A DNA stretch of 64,000 nt from Dictyostelium discoideum (Eukaryota). The stretch lies in NCBI GenBank assembly GCA_000004695.1, contig CM000151.3, forward strand, positions 2,656,001-2,720,000. Direction: 5' to 3'. This document shows positions 38,799-51,244 of the stretch, piece after piece; positions within the stretch are counted from its first letter, which is position 1, and every line of letters starts with the position of its first letter. Position numbers and translations under genes: made by a program. A model generated the notes under the pieces. That model was not told the DNA's origin, searched no databases, and saw only the letters and a list, made by a program, of their open reading frames with translations.

Positions 38799-39175
38799 TT
38801 AAAATAATAATTTAAAAATTTTAAAAAAAATAAAATTATTACATACGTCCAAATATTAGTTCCATCACATGAATTATGTTGAAAACAGTTATTATTTCCC
38901 ATATCTTGACTATGTGATAAAGCAAGTCTATTTAATGTATTATCATAATACAAAGGAGGAACTGGTGGATAGTTAACAAGCATTCCATTTAGATTTGAAT
39001 ATGTACTCATATAATCTGCCTTCCACTGAGTAGGAAACATTCTAATTAAATTAACTAAATTGAATTGTTCTCTTTCTTGATAACTTGGCAATCCAGAAGA
39101 ATCAGATTCACCATAACTATTCACATTTTTGGTGAATGTAAAAAATAAAACTATAAGTGATAATAATAATTTCAT
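37104..39175 (-). CDS. Secreted CAP (SCP/PR-1-like) domain protein with a Thr/Pro-rich mucin-like repeat and a C-terminal hydrophobic anchor, ~659 aa, 2 exons
   Basis: Model on minus: join(39175..38847, 38754..37104), with a 92-bp intron (GTATGT...TAATAG). The signal peptide is MKLLLSLIVLFFTFTKNVNS. CAP-like motifs are HSQDMGNNNCFQHNS and GHRSSIMSSDYKTLGVGYY. A long (TPTPTETV)n tract is followed by an acidic Ser-rich tail and the terminal IVSITYVSFTFFVLLSLIL (TM or GPI signal). Confidence 0.55.
37560..38170 (-). repeat. Coding tandem repeat (TPTPTETV/TPTPTESA)n, about 25 octapeptide units
   Basis: It lies within the CAP-domain gene. The antisense spurious ORF 37438-38244 (GVGVTVSV...) mirrors it. 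Confidence 0.8.
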
Positions 39176-39310
39176 TTTATAATAGATTTTTTAAATTTAT
39201 TTTTATAAATATTATAATATATTTGGTTTAATTTAGTTAATGTAGAATAATTAATTTCTTTCAGTTTTGTTTTTTTTTATTATTTTTTTTTCCAAAAAAA
39301 AATATAATTG

Positions 39311-39343
<33 letters not shown>

Positions 39344-39627
39344 GAAATAAATAATTTTTAATATATATATATATTGATACTAAATTGTAAATGAAAAAAA
39401 GTGAATAAAAAAAAAATTGTTTAGTTCAAATACCTTTTTTTTTTAATTTTAATTATTTTATTTTTAATTTTTTTTTATTTTTTTTATTTTTTTTATTTTT
39501 TTTATTTTTTTATTTTTTATTTTTTAGATTTATAAAAAAAACATTATTTTTAATTAAAAAAAACATTGTTTTTAATTTCTAAATTTAACGGATTATTTTT
39601 CAAATAAGATTTGTCCGTTTTTTATTA

Positions 39628-39661
<34 letters not shown>

Positions 39662-40095
39662 AAATGCAAGTTGAGTTTTAAAAAGTCATAAAATGGAAAT
39701 TAAAAAAGATTCTTTTGGAAATTTTTTAAAGATTGGAAGAAATTGTAAAAATCATTTTCAATTTACAATATCAAACCAATTAATTCATTGAAAAAAAATT
39801 TTTTTTTTCAAATAATGTTTTATCCTGTATCCCTATGTTTTTTTTATTATTTTAAAAATAAAAAAAAAAAAAAATTAAATTTTTAATTAATAAATTAATA
39901 ATTAAAAAAAAAATCCATAACAAAAACAAAATAATTCTCTTGAAAAAATGTTTAAAATTAGATTGAATTTAATAAAAAATAAAAAAAAAAAAATAAAAAT
40001 ACCAAGTTTAAACAAAAATAAAAATAAAATAAAATTCCACTTTTTTTTTTTTTTTTTTTTGGTTATTTATTTTTTTTTTTTTTGATTTTAAAATT

Positions 40096-41063
40096 TTATT
40101 TCATTAATTCTAATTTATTATATTTACAATTATTTTTATTTGAACATTGTTGATCTAAAATTAAACTATTTGAAATGATTTTATTATAATCTTCAAAAGT
40201 GACATTGAATGGTTTGTTAACTGGGAATCCATCTTCAACAGATGATTGGACGGCTGTAATTGATCTTTTATCAGACCAACCACATGATGATGAACCAAAG
40301 AGATCTTGACAAATTTGTGATGATGCATCAATAATTGCCATACCTGCTTCTTCTTCAACACTAATATTTGGACCAGCATCAATAGTAATTGCTTTAACAC
40401 AAACACCATAGAAACTAAATTTTTTTTTTTTTTTTTTTATATTTTTTTTCCAAAATTTTAATTTTAATATTAATATTTTTTAAAAATGTTTAAAATGAAA
40501 ATAGTTTAAATCTTACCCTCCAGTTTCCATAGTTGAGCCACTACCGCTTCCACTTGAACCACCACTTCCACTTGAACTGCCACTACCACTTCCACTTGAA
40601 CTACCACTTGAAGAACTACCTGATGTACCACTTCCACTTCCACTTCCACTACCACTACCACTACCACTTCCACTTCCACTTCCGCTTGAAGTTGAGGTAC
40701 CTGCAGAACCTGTTCCACCAGTTGTTGTTGAACCACCACTTGTTGAACAAATTGTTAATGTTACACCACAACCAAAACGTTGACTATCTGCAGTCTATTA
40801 TTTATGTTGTAAGTACAATAATTACTTTATCAAAAAATAAAAAACAAAAATAAAAATAAATGCTTTCTATACTTTACAAAGTAAGTTTGGGCTGAACATG
40901 GAGTTCCACAGGCAGTAGATTCATCACAAAAAGTAGTAAGATAATATTCATTATTGCTTGGAATAGAGCAACACATATTACCATAGCATGGGTTACTACA
41001 ACTATATTGACCACTAACGGTTAAAACAAAAATAAGTAAAATCAAAGTTACCAAGAGTCTCAT
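40096..41063 (-). CDS. Secreted RlpA-like double-psi beta-barrel (expansin-like) protein with an N-terminal Cys-rich module and a Gly/Ser linker, ~260 aa, 3 exons
   Basis: Model on minus: join(41063..40878, 40794..40517, 40414..40096), with introns of 83 and 102 bp. The signal peptide is MRLLVTLILLIFVLTVSG, followed by an 8-Cys module. Exon 2 encodes a (GS)n linker. Exon 3 (FYGVCVKAITIDAGPNISV...MAIIDASSQICQDLFG..GWSDKRSITAVQ) resembles DPBB / RlpA-barwin-like domains. Confidence 0.45.
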
Positions 41064-42233
41064 TTTTATTTGTTAAAAAATAAAGTAAAATAAAGTAAAA
41101 TAAAATTAAATAAAAAAAAAAAAAAAAAAAAAAAAGTTGGTTTTAAAATAAAATAAAATAAAATAAAATAAATAAAATAAAATAAAATAAAATAAAATAA
41201 AATAAAATAAAATAAAATAAAATAAAATAAAATCAAAAAAAAAAAATCATTTTCTTTTTTTTTTTCATTTTCCCAAACGAAAACCCATTTTTTTTTTAAC
41301 CAAAATATCTTAAAACTATTTTTATTTTTATTTTTTTCCACACTTTTCACAATTATTTTTCTATTTTTGTTGGGACACACAATAATCATTTTACAAATTA
41401 TATTTTTATCATTAAAAAAAAAAAAAAAAAAATCATTTAAATACAAATAAATTACAAAAACTTTTGAAATAATTTATCTTTTTTTTTTTTATGTATTATT
41501 TGGAAATAATTTTGATGATTTGAAAAGATATTAAAATAATAAAAAAAAAAAAAAAAAAAAATTGGAGAAAGATATAAATTCCAAATAATAAAAAGTTTTA
41601 TAAAAAATTTTATTTGTTATTTTTAAAAAAAAAATTTAGTAATCCTGGATGTTCATTTTTATTTTTATTTTTTTTATTTTTTATTTTTTTATTTTTTTTA
41701 ATCCAATTCTCAAAATAAAGAGACCACCAACCACGTTTATTTTTATAATAAAAAAAAATATATATGTTAGAAAAATAATAAAAAAAAATAATAATAAAAA
41801 TAATAAAAACTGTGATTACCTTTACTTCATTCAATGAATTTTTTTTTGAAAAGCAATAATTATTTGTTAATGGTGTTTAAATTTCATTTCAAATTTGTTG
41901 TGAAATCTTTGAAAATTCTGTTTGAAAAAAAAAAAATAAAAAAAAAAATAAAAAAAAAATAAAAAATTAAAAAAAAAAAATTGCATTTAAATTTTTTTTT
42001 TTTTTTTATAAAAATTATATATTAAATCGTTTTTTCTTTTTGCGTCATACTATTAATTAATAGTATAAATTATTTATTCTTAATAAATAAATAAATAAAA
42101 TTTTATTTATTGTAACATCAATTAGCAACAACAACAACAATAATAGTAATAATAATAATAATAATAATAGTAATAATAAAATAATAATAAAAATAATAAA
42201 ATAATAAAAAAAAATAATAAAATAATAAAAAAA

Positions 42234-43664
42234 ATGGTTTTAATAAATAGAGTTAATATACAACCAGAAGAACTACCATTATTATATCATGTTAATTCAA
42301 TGGATGTTTATAATTTATTACAAGATATAGGATCTAGTAAGATTATAATCGATTTAAGAACTAAAGAACAATATGAAAAGAATCATATTAGAACATCTGT
42401 CAATATACCACCACCACCATCAACAACACCACTCTATGAAAATGGTGAAATTAAAGAATTCAATCTTAGTAAATATATTGGGTCCAATGTGACTGCAAAG
42501 CATTGGAATTTAATATTTCAAAAACTTATAGTATACAGCGACAAACCATTCCTTTATAATATTGATGAATTGGAGAAAACCATATCAACAACAACAATTA
42601 CTACTACTGCTACTACTACTACTACTACTACAACAACCTCAAATAGTATTGGTAGTGATCAAGATATAATCAAATCTTTAAAGGTATCGGATTGGGATAA
42701 AGTAGTACTTAGACATTTCCTATTAAAAAAAAAGAAAACTAAAGTTATAATTTATCAAGGTGGTTTTGATCAATTTCAAAAAGATTATTCATTCATGTGT
42801 AATCCTTCTTCTTCTCCTTCTTCAAGTAGTGGCGGTGGTGGTGGATCACAATTATATCCATCAGAAATTATTAAAGATTTTTTATATTTAGGTGGTGCTG
42901 AGAATGCAGGTAATAGACAACAATTGATAAATTTAAAGATAACTCATTTAGTTAATATGGCAGGTGAATTGGATGATGTTTATCCTCACCTTTATAAATA
43001 TTATAGAGCAAACTTGGACGACAGACCAAAAGCAAACATTTACGAACACTTTGAACCAGTTATTCAATTCATTAATGATTGTAAGAAACAAGGTGGTAGA
43101 GTTTTAATACACTGCGCAATGGGTATTAGTAGATCAACAACTGTGGTATTAGCATACTTAATGAAAGAAGATCATATGACCTATTCAGATGCTTTCACTT
43201 TTTGTAAACAAAAGAGATCTTGTATTAATCCAAATTTCGGTTTCGTTAAACAATTAAAAGATTATCAACAACACTTAACTTTAGAATGGGAAAAACAAGA
43301 AAAACTTAAAAAACAACAACAACAAACTTTAAATATTAATAATAATAATACTGGAATCCCATTATCAAAGAAATTACAATTAGATGTATCTGATCCACTT
43401 TCAAATTCTTCACCTTCATCACCTTTAATCTCTTCAACTTTACCTATACCTGAAACTCCACCTGCTATTATTTTAAAAAATGAAGTTGCTTCACCATGCC
43501 CAATTAAAACAACAACATCATCAACAACAATTAACAATAAGGGACAACAACAAGATAAAGCTCAAGAAGAAAAAGATTCAATATTTAGTTATGCTGATAA
43601 ACAAGAGAAAATGACACATCCAACTTTACATTCACCAATTGAATTACCTCAATCCTCACTGTAA
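42234..43664 (+). CDS. Rhodanese-domain dual-specificity protein phosphatase (MAP-kinase-phosphatase-like), 476 aa, single exon
   Basis: An N-terminal rhodanese/CH2-like region is followed by the DUSP catalytic core VLIHCAMGISRSTTVVLAYLM (HCxxGxxRS). Confidence 0.8.
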   Translation: MVLINRVNIQPEELPLLYHVNSMDVYNLLQDIGSSKIIIDLRTKEQYEKNHIRTSVNIPPPPSTTPLYENGEIKEFNLSKYIGSNVTAKHWNLIFQKLIVYSDKPFLYNIDELEKTISTTTITTTATTTTTTTTTSNSIGSDQDIIKSLKVSDWDKVVLRHFLLKKKKTKVIIYQGGFDQFQKDYSFMCNPSSSPSSSSGGGGGSQLYPSEIIKDFLYLGGAENAGNRQQLINLKITHLVNMAGELDDVYPHLYKYYRANLDDRPKANIYEHFEPVIQFINDCKKQGGRVLIHCAMGISRSTTVVLAYLMKEDHMTYSDAFTFCKQKRSCINPNFGFVKQLKDYQQHLTLEWEKQEKLKKQQQQTLNINNNNTGIPLSKKLQLDVSDPLSNSSPSSPLISSTLPIPETPPAIILKNEVASPCPIKTTTSSTTINNKGQQQDKAQEEKDSIFSYADKQEKMTHPTLHSPIELPQSSL

Positions 43665-43842
43665 TAATAAAATATATTTAAAAACTTATATACACACCAA
43701 AATTTAAATTTTTCCCTCCTTTTTTTTTTGTAATTTTTTAGATTCGTGGGTTTTAAATTGAATTTTTTATTTTTTTCATTTTTTTATTTTTTATTTTTTT
43801 TTAGGTTTGGTTTTATCAACTATTCAAAACAAATATAATAAA

Positions 43843-43920
43843 ATGCAAGCTGCAGTAGCATCTAAAACAAATATTTCATTAAAAGGTTCAACAGAGATTG
43901 TAACTGAATTTTTTTGTAAG

Positions 43921-43965
<45 letters not shown>

Positions 43966-44327
43966 ATACTAATTAAAAAAAAAATATAAATTTATAAATA
44001 TATAAATAGCATATAGTATAAATACAATTCTATTTCAAAGAGGATTATATCCACCAGAATCATTTACAAGAGTTGCAAAATATGGATTACCAATATTGGT
44101 AACTAATGATCAATCATTAAAAGATTATTTAGATAATGTATTAAAACAATTATCAGAATGGTTATTAAGTGGTGATGTTCAAAAATTGGTTTTAGTAATC
44201 ACTGATATCGTTACAAAAGAGGTTTTAGAAAGATGGGTATTCGATGTTACAACTGATATTCCAAAAGAAGGAGAGTATGGTTATTCTTTTTTTTTTTTTT
44301 TAATATTTATAAATATAAAATAATAAT

Positions 44328-44366
<39 letters not shown>

Positions 44367-44652
44367 TTATTTATTTAGAGCACCAAGACAAAAACCAGAA
44401 AAAGAGATAATGAATGAAATTCAAGCAATTATTAGACAAATTACAGCAAGTGTTACATTTTTACCACTTTTACCAAATGCATGTACATTTGATTTATTAG
44501 TATATACAAGTAAAGATTTAGCAGTACCTCAAAAATGGGAAGAATCTGATCCAAAATTCATAACAAATTCACAACAAGTTAAACTTAGATCTTTTACAAC
44601 AACAATTCATAAAGTTGAAAGTATGGTTGCCTATAAAATTTCAAATGATTAA
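43843..44652 (+). CDS. mad2: Mitotic spindle assembly checkpoint protein MAD2 (HORMA domain), 203 aa, 3 exons
   Basis: Model: join(43843..43915, 44010..44274, 44379..44652). It is near-colinear with human MAD2L1: SLKGSTEIVTEFFSYSINSILFQRGLYPPESFTRVAKYGLPILVT...VQKLVLVITDIVTKEVLERWVFDV...IRQITASVTFLPLL...FDLLVYTSKDLAVPQKWEESDPKFITNSQQVKLRSFTTTIHKVESMVAYK. Confidence 0.9.
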
Positions 44653-44861
44653 AATAATAAAATAAATAAATATAATAAATAAATAAATAATATATGTATA
44701 GATATAATAAAATAAATAAATAAATAAATAAAATGGGAATAAACTAATATTTATTTCTCAGTAAATAATATTATTTATTTAATTTCCTTCGAAATAAAAA
44801 AAATAATTGTCTTGTTGCTCTTTTAATGAATAATGATCTAATTTTATTTATTTTTTATTAT

Positions 44862-44892
<31 letters not shown>

Positions 44893-44897
<5 letters not shown>

Positions 44898-46467
44898 GAG
44901 TTTGAGGAGTTGAAGGAGCCATTGAAATTTGTTGTGGAGTTGGATTTGGAGTGGTTTGTTTTGAAAGATAATTTTTTACAAGTTCTTCAGTCATTGGTTG
45001 ATAATAGAAAGAAGCATGTCTTTCCTCTTCGAAACCAGTTGAAGTTGTTGATTTTGAAACTTGGAAATCTTTTACTAAATTTGCTGTTGTATCATTTAAG
45101 AAACCTAATGGATCAGATGATAATTTTTCCATGAATTCACGTTTTCTCTTATGTTGATAAACTTTTTGAATATGATGATTAATTTCATCATTCAATTGTG
45201 AAATCTCTTTTCTCATTGTTGGATTTGGATTAAAGATTGGTTCATCAACTTCAACTTGAATATCATATGCTTGTTCATAATCTTTTGCATCTCCTGATAA
45301 ATGTAATGTATATTGAAATTCTAATGGATCAGGTGGTGATAAATGTTCTCTTAATAATTGTGGTATTTGATTAAATTGTAATTCTTCTAAACTAAATATC
45401 TAAAAAAAAAATAAAAAAAATATTAATATATTTTATGTGGGGGTGGAAAAAAAGGAAAAGGGGGTAGAAAGGGGGGAGACGGGGTAGGTAGTTTAATAAA
45501 TATTTTTTTTTTTTTTTTTTTTACATTTTTTAAATTTTCATCACAAGTAATTTTCTTTGTTTCTGCATCTAATAATGTATTTGATTTAATGTAATGCCAT
45601 AATGCTAAAATGATTCTTGGTTTGGTATCTGTGTGAATATTTAATAATTGAGAAAGTCCACCTAATACTTTATATTTTTGTGGTACGTGATCTAAATACA
45701 TTAAAATCTATATAGATTATAAAAAAAGTAAGTACATGTATATTGAAATTTATATAGTATGTATAGGATATTGTGATCACACATACTTTAATATCAACTT
45801 CTTGGTTACCATTTCTTTTAATTTCAAAACCATCAGTTTCAGTAAAAGTTTGAGATTTATCCCATTCACAAGTATCTCTATGACCAATTTGAATGAAAAC
45901 CTTTTTAAAAAATGATGAAAACTTTCTTTTATTTGCTGTTGAGGAGGATGATGATGAGGATTTAATTGATTTATTTACAAGTTCATCTTGAGATTCATCC
46001 AATAATTTACCTTCAACACGTAATGACCATGATGGTCTTTCTTGAACGGAATTTAATGATTTATTATCTAAATGATAGTATGCAGATTGGTTGGAGTATG
46101 TGTTATAGATTGATAAACGAAGTGTACGAATGTTTTTAATACTGTTTCTTCTTGACGCTTCTTGAATATCAATTAATCTTTTATTGATTGATGCATCTAA
46201 TTTCTCTTCAAATTCTAATAATTGTGAAAATAGTAAACATTCTGGTGCAAATGAAATTAATTCCTCAACTGGTAATGTAACCGATGGTGGTAATGATGAT
46301 GGTATACCATTAATTGAATTACCTATATTTGTATTATTACTATTATTGTTACTATTATTATTATTATTTAATGTTGCATTCGCTTTTGCTATATTTGCTG
46401 CAATTGTTGCTGCTGTCGATAATTTCGTTTTCTTTTTTTTATTACCAGTTGTACCATTTTTAGACAT
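44893..46467 (-). CDS. snf12: SWI/SNF chromatin-remodelling complex subunit BAF60/SMARCD (SWIB domain), ~456 aa, 3 exons
   Basis: Model on minus: join(46467..45787, 45707..45525, 45399..44893), with all phases 0 (donors GTATGT and GTAAAA). Exon 2 encodes the SWIB/MDM2 domain PQKYKVLGGLSQLLNIHTDTKPRIILALWHYIKSNTLLD. The C-terminus is ...RHASFYYQPMTEELVKNYL. Confidence 0.8.
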
Positions 46468-46661
46468 TTTTCCTTTATATTTGATATTTTATTTTATTCA
46501 GAAAAAAAAAAAAAAAAAAAAAAAAATGTCGATAATTTGTATAAATTAAATTAAAATTATTTTTAAAAAGATTGAATATTACAAAATTTCTTTTTTTAAT
46601 TAATTAATTGAAAATATCTAAACTTTTTTTGTTTTTTTATGTGTTTTACAGATGTTCAATC

Positions 46662-46699
<38 letters not shown>

Positions 46700-47069
46700 A
46701 AAAATAAAAAAAAAAAAAAAAGAATTTTTTGGAAATTTTTTAAAAAATTTAAAAAAAAAAAAAAAAACGGTTGTAATTTTTTATTTTATTTAATTTTAAT
46801 TTTTATTTTATTTTTTTGTTGATAAAATTTAAAAAAAAAAAAAATTGTTTTTATATAAAAATTATAATTATTTCACTATTGTACTGCTGGTCAAAACATA
46901 AAATCTAATCGACCCGCTGGTATTGTATTAAAATTATTTAAATTATATTTTTTTTTAATTTTTTTTTTTTTTTTTTATTTTTTTTTTTTTTTTTTTTTCC
47001 AAAGTCCATTTTTTTTTTTTTTATTATTTAATTTCCCCTCGTTGTAATTTTTTTTTTTTTTTTTTTGTT

Positions 47070-47106
<37 letters not shown>

Positions 47107-47673
47107 TTTTTTTCTTTCCAAACACATATTATCATAAATATAAAATAAAAAAAAAAAGGTCAGTAATAAATTTTAAAAACAATCACCATTGTTGTTAAAT
47201 TAATACAATATTATCAATAATAATCTATTTTCAAATCAAATTTTTAGTCATTTTTGGAAGTTAAATAAAATAAAAAAACCAACACACAATCTCAAATTTT
47301 TAGCCATTTTTAGATATCTTGATGTGATTTTTTTTTTTTATTTTTTTATTTTTTTGTTTTCAAAATTGCAATTTATGTCACATTACCACACATAGTAAAA
47401 TAAAAAATAAATAATATTAAAAAAAAAAAAAAAAAAAAATAAACCAAAACTCATTTTATCTCATCATAATGTGTTTTTTTTAATTAATATGTGATATGAT
47501 AGGTATATTGATAGTAGTTATAATAATAAAAATAATTGTCACACACATTCACACATACATACCACCACCACCACCACTCTTTCTCACATAGAGAGAATAC
47601 ATATCAAACATTCACCCACTCTTACTACTTTTTTTTTCTGTGAGTGTGTTTGTGTGTTGCGTTTTTTGTGTTG

Positions 47674-47709
<36 letters not shown>

Positions 47710-48085
47710 TATTTTATTATTCAAATTTCTATTTTTGTTTTTTTGTTTTTTTTTTTAATTTTTTTTTTTTTTTTTTTAATTTATTATTATTATTATTATT
47801 ATTATTAGTAATTTCTTTATCATTCATTTCTTTATAATAAATTCAAATATCAATAAAAATTAATTATTAACATTTTTTTTTTTTTTCCTTTCTTTATAAT
47901 AATAAACAATTAATTTCTTATAGAGAGTGATAATAATCACTTTTGTAAATATATATATTTTTTTTCATTTTTTTTTTTTTTTTTTCATTTCATTCCATAT
48001 TTTTTTTTTTTTTAAATTATTAAAATAAAAAAAAAAAAGTTTATCAGGCAACTACGATTATAAAAAAAAAAAAAAAAAAAATAAA

Positions 48086-51000
48086 ATGTATTCAACAAAT
48101 TCATCATCAGATGATGAAGAAAAAGAATTAATGGATGAAATTCAATTGAATCAAAATTTAAGTGGTAGTTTTGGTGGAATTGGATCATCATCAAATAATA
48201 TTGGAGCATCACCAGGTGGAGATTTTATAAATCAAATGGAACAGGTTTTTAAAACTATTGATACTGAAGAGAATGGAATTATATCAATAACACAATTAAG
48301 ACAAGAGATTGAATCATTAACTGGTGAATCAAGTGAAACCAATCCATTAATTGGTAAATTATTAAATTTTTTAAGAATTGTTCATAGAGCTGAACAACCA
48401 AAAAATGATGATGACGAAGACGAAAATGAAGACGAACAACAAGAGGGTGATGATCAAGAAAATACAGGTGGTAGTGATTTTGAAGATGATTCATCATTTG
48501 AAGATTTAATATTAAATGAAAAGAAACAAATTGAAGAAGATAATACATTTGTTGATCTTCAATCATTTTTAGAATCTATGGCAAGTTATATGGATGGTGA
48601 AGATCCAAAAAAATTACGTGAGAAACAAATTGAGAAATTAAAATTACCAAAATTTAAGGTACCAATTGACTTATTGAAAAAGTATAATATCACACCAAAA
48701 TTTTTATCACCATTAATTTCTGGTGGTAATAATTCACTAAATAATAATGATTCACCAAACAGCGGTGGTGGTGGTAGTAATATGGTATTTTCACATTTAA
48801 ATAATAGTCCATCAAAAAGTGGTGGTGGTGGATCATCAAATAAATTTAATAGATTATTTACAGCGAAACCAATGGTAACATTTGAGCAATTTAATCAGTT
48901 AATTACAAAATTAAATTATGGTAAAGAAATACCAAAACAAAAGTTATTAATGCATTTACATGATTTACCAACTGATAAAGATGATTGTATTGATGCAAAT
49001 TTATTTTTATCAAGTTTTGGTGGTTTAAATCATCCAATGTCACCAAAGTTAACTTATAATGATGATGGTGAGGAAAATCTACAACAACAGCGATATAATA
49101 ATGAAAAAAAAGAAAATCAATTTAATATAAATTCACGTGGTAGTGGTAATACAAGTCCACCAAATGTTAAAATTAATAATAATAATAATACTAATAGTAA
49201 TAGTAATACCAATATCAATAATACATCAACTAATAATATTAGTCAATGGAATTCAAAGAATACACAAATTGTTGATCAACTTCAAGATTCATATAAAATT
49301 TTAGAGAAAGAAGTTGAGTCATATCAAAGTGAGTTATCAATGTTGGAGAAATCTAGACAAATTCAAGACTCAACATTAAAGAAAAAAGATCAAGAAATTG
49401 ATAAGCTTAGAAAGGAGGCTAGATTCGTCGATGGTATGAGAGACGCTAATAAAGATTTAATGGTACAAAATCAAAATTTAAAAAATCAATTATCAAAATT
49501 AACTTTGAATGAAGAATTGTTACGTGAAAGTATCGATCAAGAAAAAGATAGATTACGTGAAGCAATGGAATCGAATGTATTGAAAGAATTGGAACTTAAA
49601 AAATTAAAACTTTTATTAAAAACACAACAAAATATTAATAATAAATTATCAATGATGGTAACATTCAGTGATGACACCCTACAAGAAGGCGGCGGCGGAG
49701 GTAGTGGCACAAATTCACCAAGTGGTGCTGGTGGTTCAATTAATTTCACAAGTAAAAGAATAAAACCAACAATTGATAGAGCAAAACAAGTCCTAAGTAG
49801 ACAAAAATCAGATAAATTCGAAATCGATAAATATTCAACCATTCATGCAAATAATAATTTCTCAATGTTTTTAAAACAACAACAATTACAATTACAAGAA
49901 AAACAAGAAAAACAATATCAACAACCATATTATTACACAAGTGGTACAAATTCACCACAATCTTTACAATCTGAATTTGAAGAATTAAATAAACAACAAC
50001 AGGGTACTACTACTCCACCATTATCACAACAAAATTCAATAAATTATGATAATAACAATAATGATAATGATAATAATGATAATGATGATGGTTCATCAGA
50101 ATTAGATTCTTTAAAGAAACAATTAAGTGGATTCGATTATCAATTACCATCTGAGGGTTCTTTTGATTCTCCATCACATAATCAATCATTTGATTCACCA
50201 ACATTATTATCGTCACCACCAATTTCACAATTAATTTCAAAAGTTTCAGATGGACCACAACCAATTCAAATGATGTCACCAATGACTCCACCATTACCAA
50301 ATCAAATTAGTAGTGGTAATTTATCAATTTCATTAAATGCAACACCATCAAAGGAACAATCTATTAAATCATTATTTTCACCAAATTATATTAGAACTTC
50401 ATCACCATCAATTAAATCTACAACAACAACAACAGCTCCATCATCAGCACCAATTTATTCATCAACTCCTTCAACAAGTACTGCTGCTGCTTTATTATCA
50501 CCATTTAGTTTAAATAATCCTATTACAACAACAACTACAACTACTACCACTACATCCAATACCGTTAATTCTCCATTAAATAATAATAATAATAATAATA
50601 ATAACACATCATCATCATCATCGACAAATATAGCAGGAAATAGCAATAGTAATAGCAATAGTAATAGTAATTTAGGTTATAATACAATTAGCAGTAATAG
50701 TTTTAATAATATAGGTGGTAATGGTTTAACATCAAGTCAATTAATACAGGATCAATTTAATGTGGGTAGTATTAGAAGATTAAAGAAATCAGATATTATT
50801 AGATTACATACATCAGAAATGGAGGAACAAAATGAATCAGCACAAATGTTAATTACAGAGGCAGAGAAAGCATTGGAAGAATTTAAAAAGAATAGTTCAT
50901 TGGAATTACAGCGTTTACAAAAATTATTACAAGAGGAAAGACAACATTCTAAAACATTGGAAAAACAACTCTCTAGCCAATTGGATAAGAATAAAGAGAT

Positions 51001-51118
51001 GGTCACTGGTAAAGAATCTACCAATACTAGTAGTTGGGGTGGTATGCAAAATTTCTTTTCTTTTGTAACAAATTATTTACCTTCAACTTTATTTTGTAAT
51101 TTATCAAGTACAAGTTAA
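48086..51118 (+). CDS. Coiled-coil, low-complexity protein of unknown function, 1010 aa, single exon
   Basis: A true ATG starts it at 48086. It has an acidic N-terminus with an EF-hand-like FKTIDTEENGIISITQL and central/C-terminal heptad-rich segments (QDSYKILEKEVESYQSELSMLEKSRQ...). Multiple antisense ORFs inside it are spurious. Confidence 0.6.
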   Translation: MYSTNSSSDDEEKELMDEIQLNQNLSGSFGGIGSSSNNIGASPGGDFINQMEQVFKTIDTEENGIISITQLRQEIESLTGESSETNPLIGKLLNFLRIVHRAEQPKNDDDEDENEDEQQEGDDQENTGGSDFEDDSSFEDLILNEKKQIEEDNTFVDLQSFLESMASYMDGEDPKKLREKQIEKLKLPKFKVPIDLLKKYNITPKFLSPLISGGNNSLNNNDSPNSGGGGSNMVFSHLNNSPSKSGGGGSSNKFNRLFTAKPMVTFEQFNQLITKLNYGKEIPKQKLLMHLHDLPTDKDDCIDANLFLSSFGGLNHPMSPKLTYNDDGEENLQQQRYNNEKKENQFNINSRGSGNTSPPNVKINNNNNTNSNSNTNINNTSTNNISQWNSKNTQIVDQLQDSYKILEKEVESYQSELSMLEKSRQIQDSTLKKKDQEIDKLRKEARFVDGMRDANKDLMVQNQNLKNQLSKLTLNEELLRESIDQEKDRLREAMESNVLKELELKKLKLLLKTQQNINNKLSMMVTFSDDTLQEGGGGGSGTNSPSGAGGSINFTSKRIKPTIDRAKQVLSRQKSDKFEIDKYSTIHANNNFSMFLKQQQLQLQEKQEKQYQQPYYYTSGTNSPQSLQSEFEELNKQQQGTTTPPLSQQNSINYDNNNNDNDNNDNDDGSSELDSLKKQLSGFDYQLPSEGSFDSPSHNQSFDSPTLLSSPPISQLISKVSDGPQPIQMMSPMTPPLPNQISSGNLSISLNATPSKEQSIKSLFSPNYIRTSSPSIKSTTTTTAPSSAPIYSSTPSTSTAAALLSPFSLNNPITTTTTTTTTTSNTVNSPLNNNNNNNNNTSSSSSTNIAGNSNSNSNSNSNLGYNTISSNSFNNIGGNGLTSSQLIQDQFNVGSIRRLKKSDIIRLHTSEMEEQNESAQMLITEAEKALEEFKKNSSLELQRLQKLLQEERQHSKTLEKQLSSQLDKNKEMVTGKESTNTSSWGGMQNFFSFVTNYLPSTLFCNLSSTS

Positions 51119-51190
51119 AAAAAAAAAAAAAAAATAACACTCACATATATATATACATAACTCCTACATATAAAAAAAAAAAAAAAAAAA

Positions 51191-51191
<1 letters not shown>

Positions 51192-51243
<52 letters not shown>
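51192..51243. repeat. (CAAT)13 tetranucleotide microsatellite
   Basis: Seen directly in the sequence. Confidence 0.9.

Positions 51244-51244
<1 letters not shown>

Noticed and set aside
40506-40853. ORFs encoding V/E/Q-rich (minus) and H/F/Y-rich (plus) peptides
   Set aside because: They are alternative-frame readings of the (GGT AGT GGA AGT)n Gly/Ser linker exon of the DPBB-like gene. The correct frame gives (GS)n.
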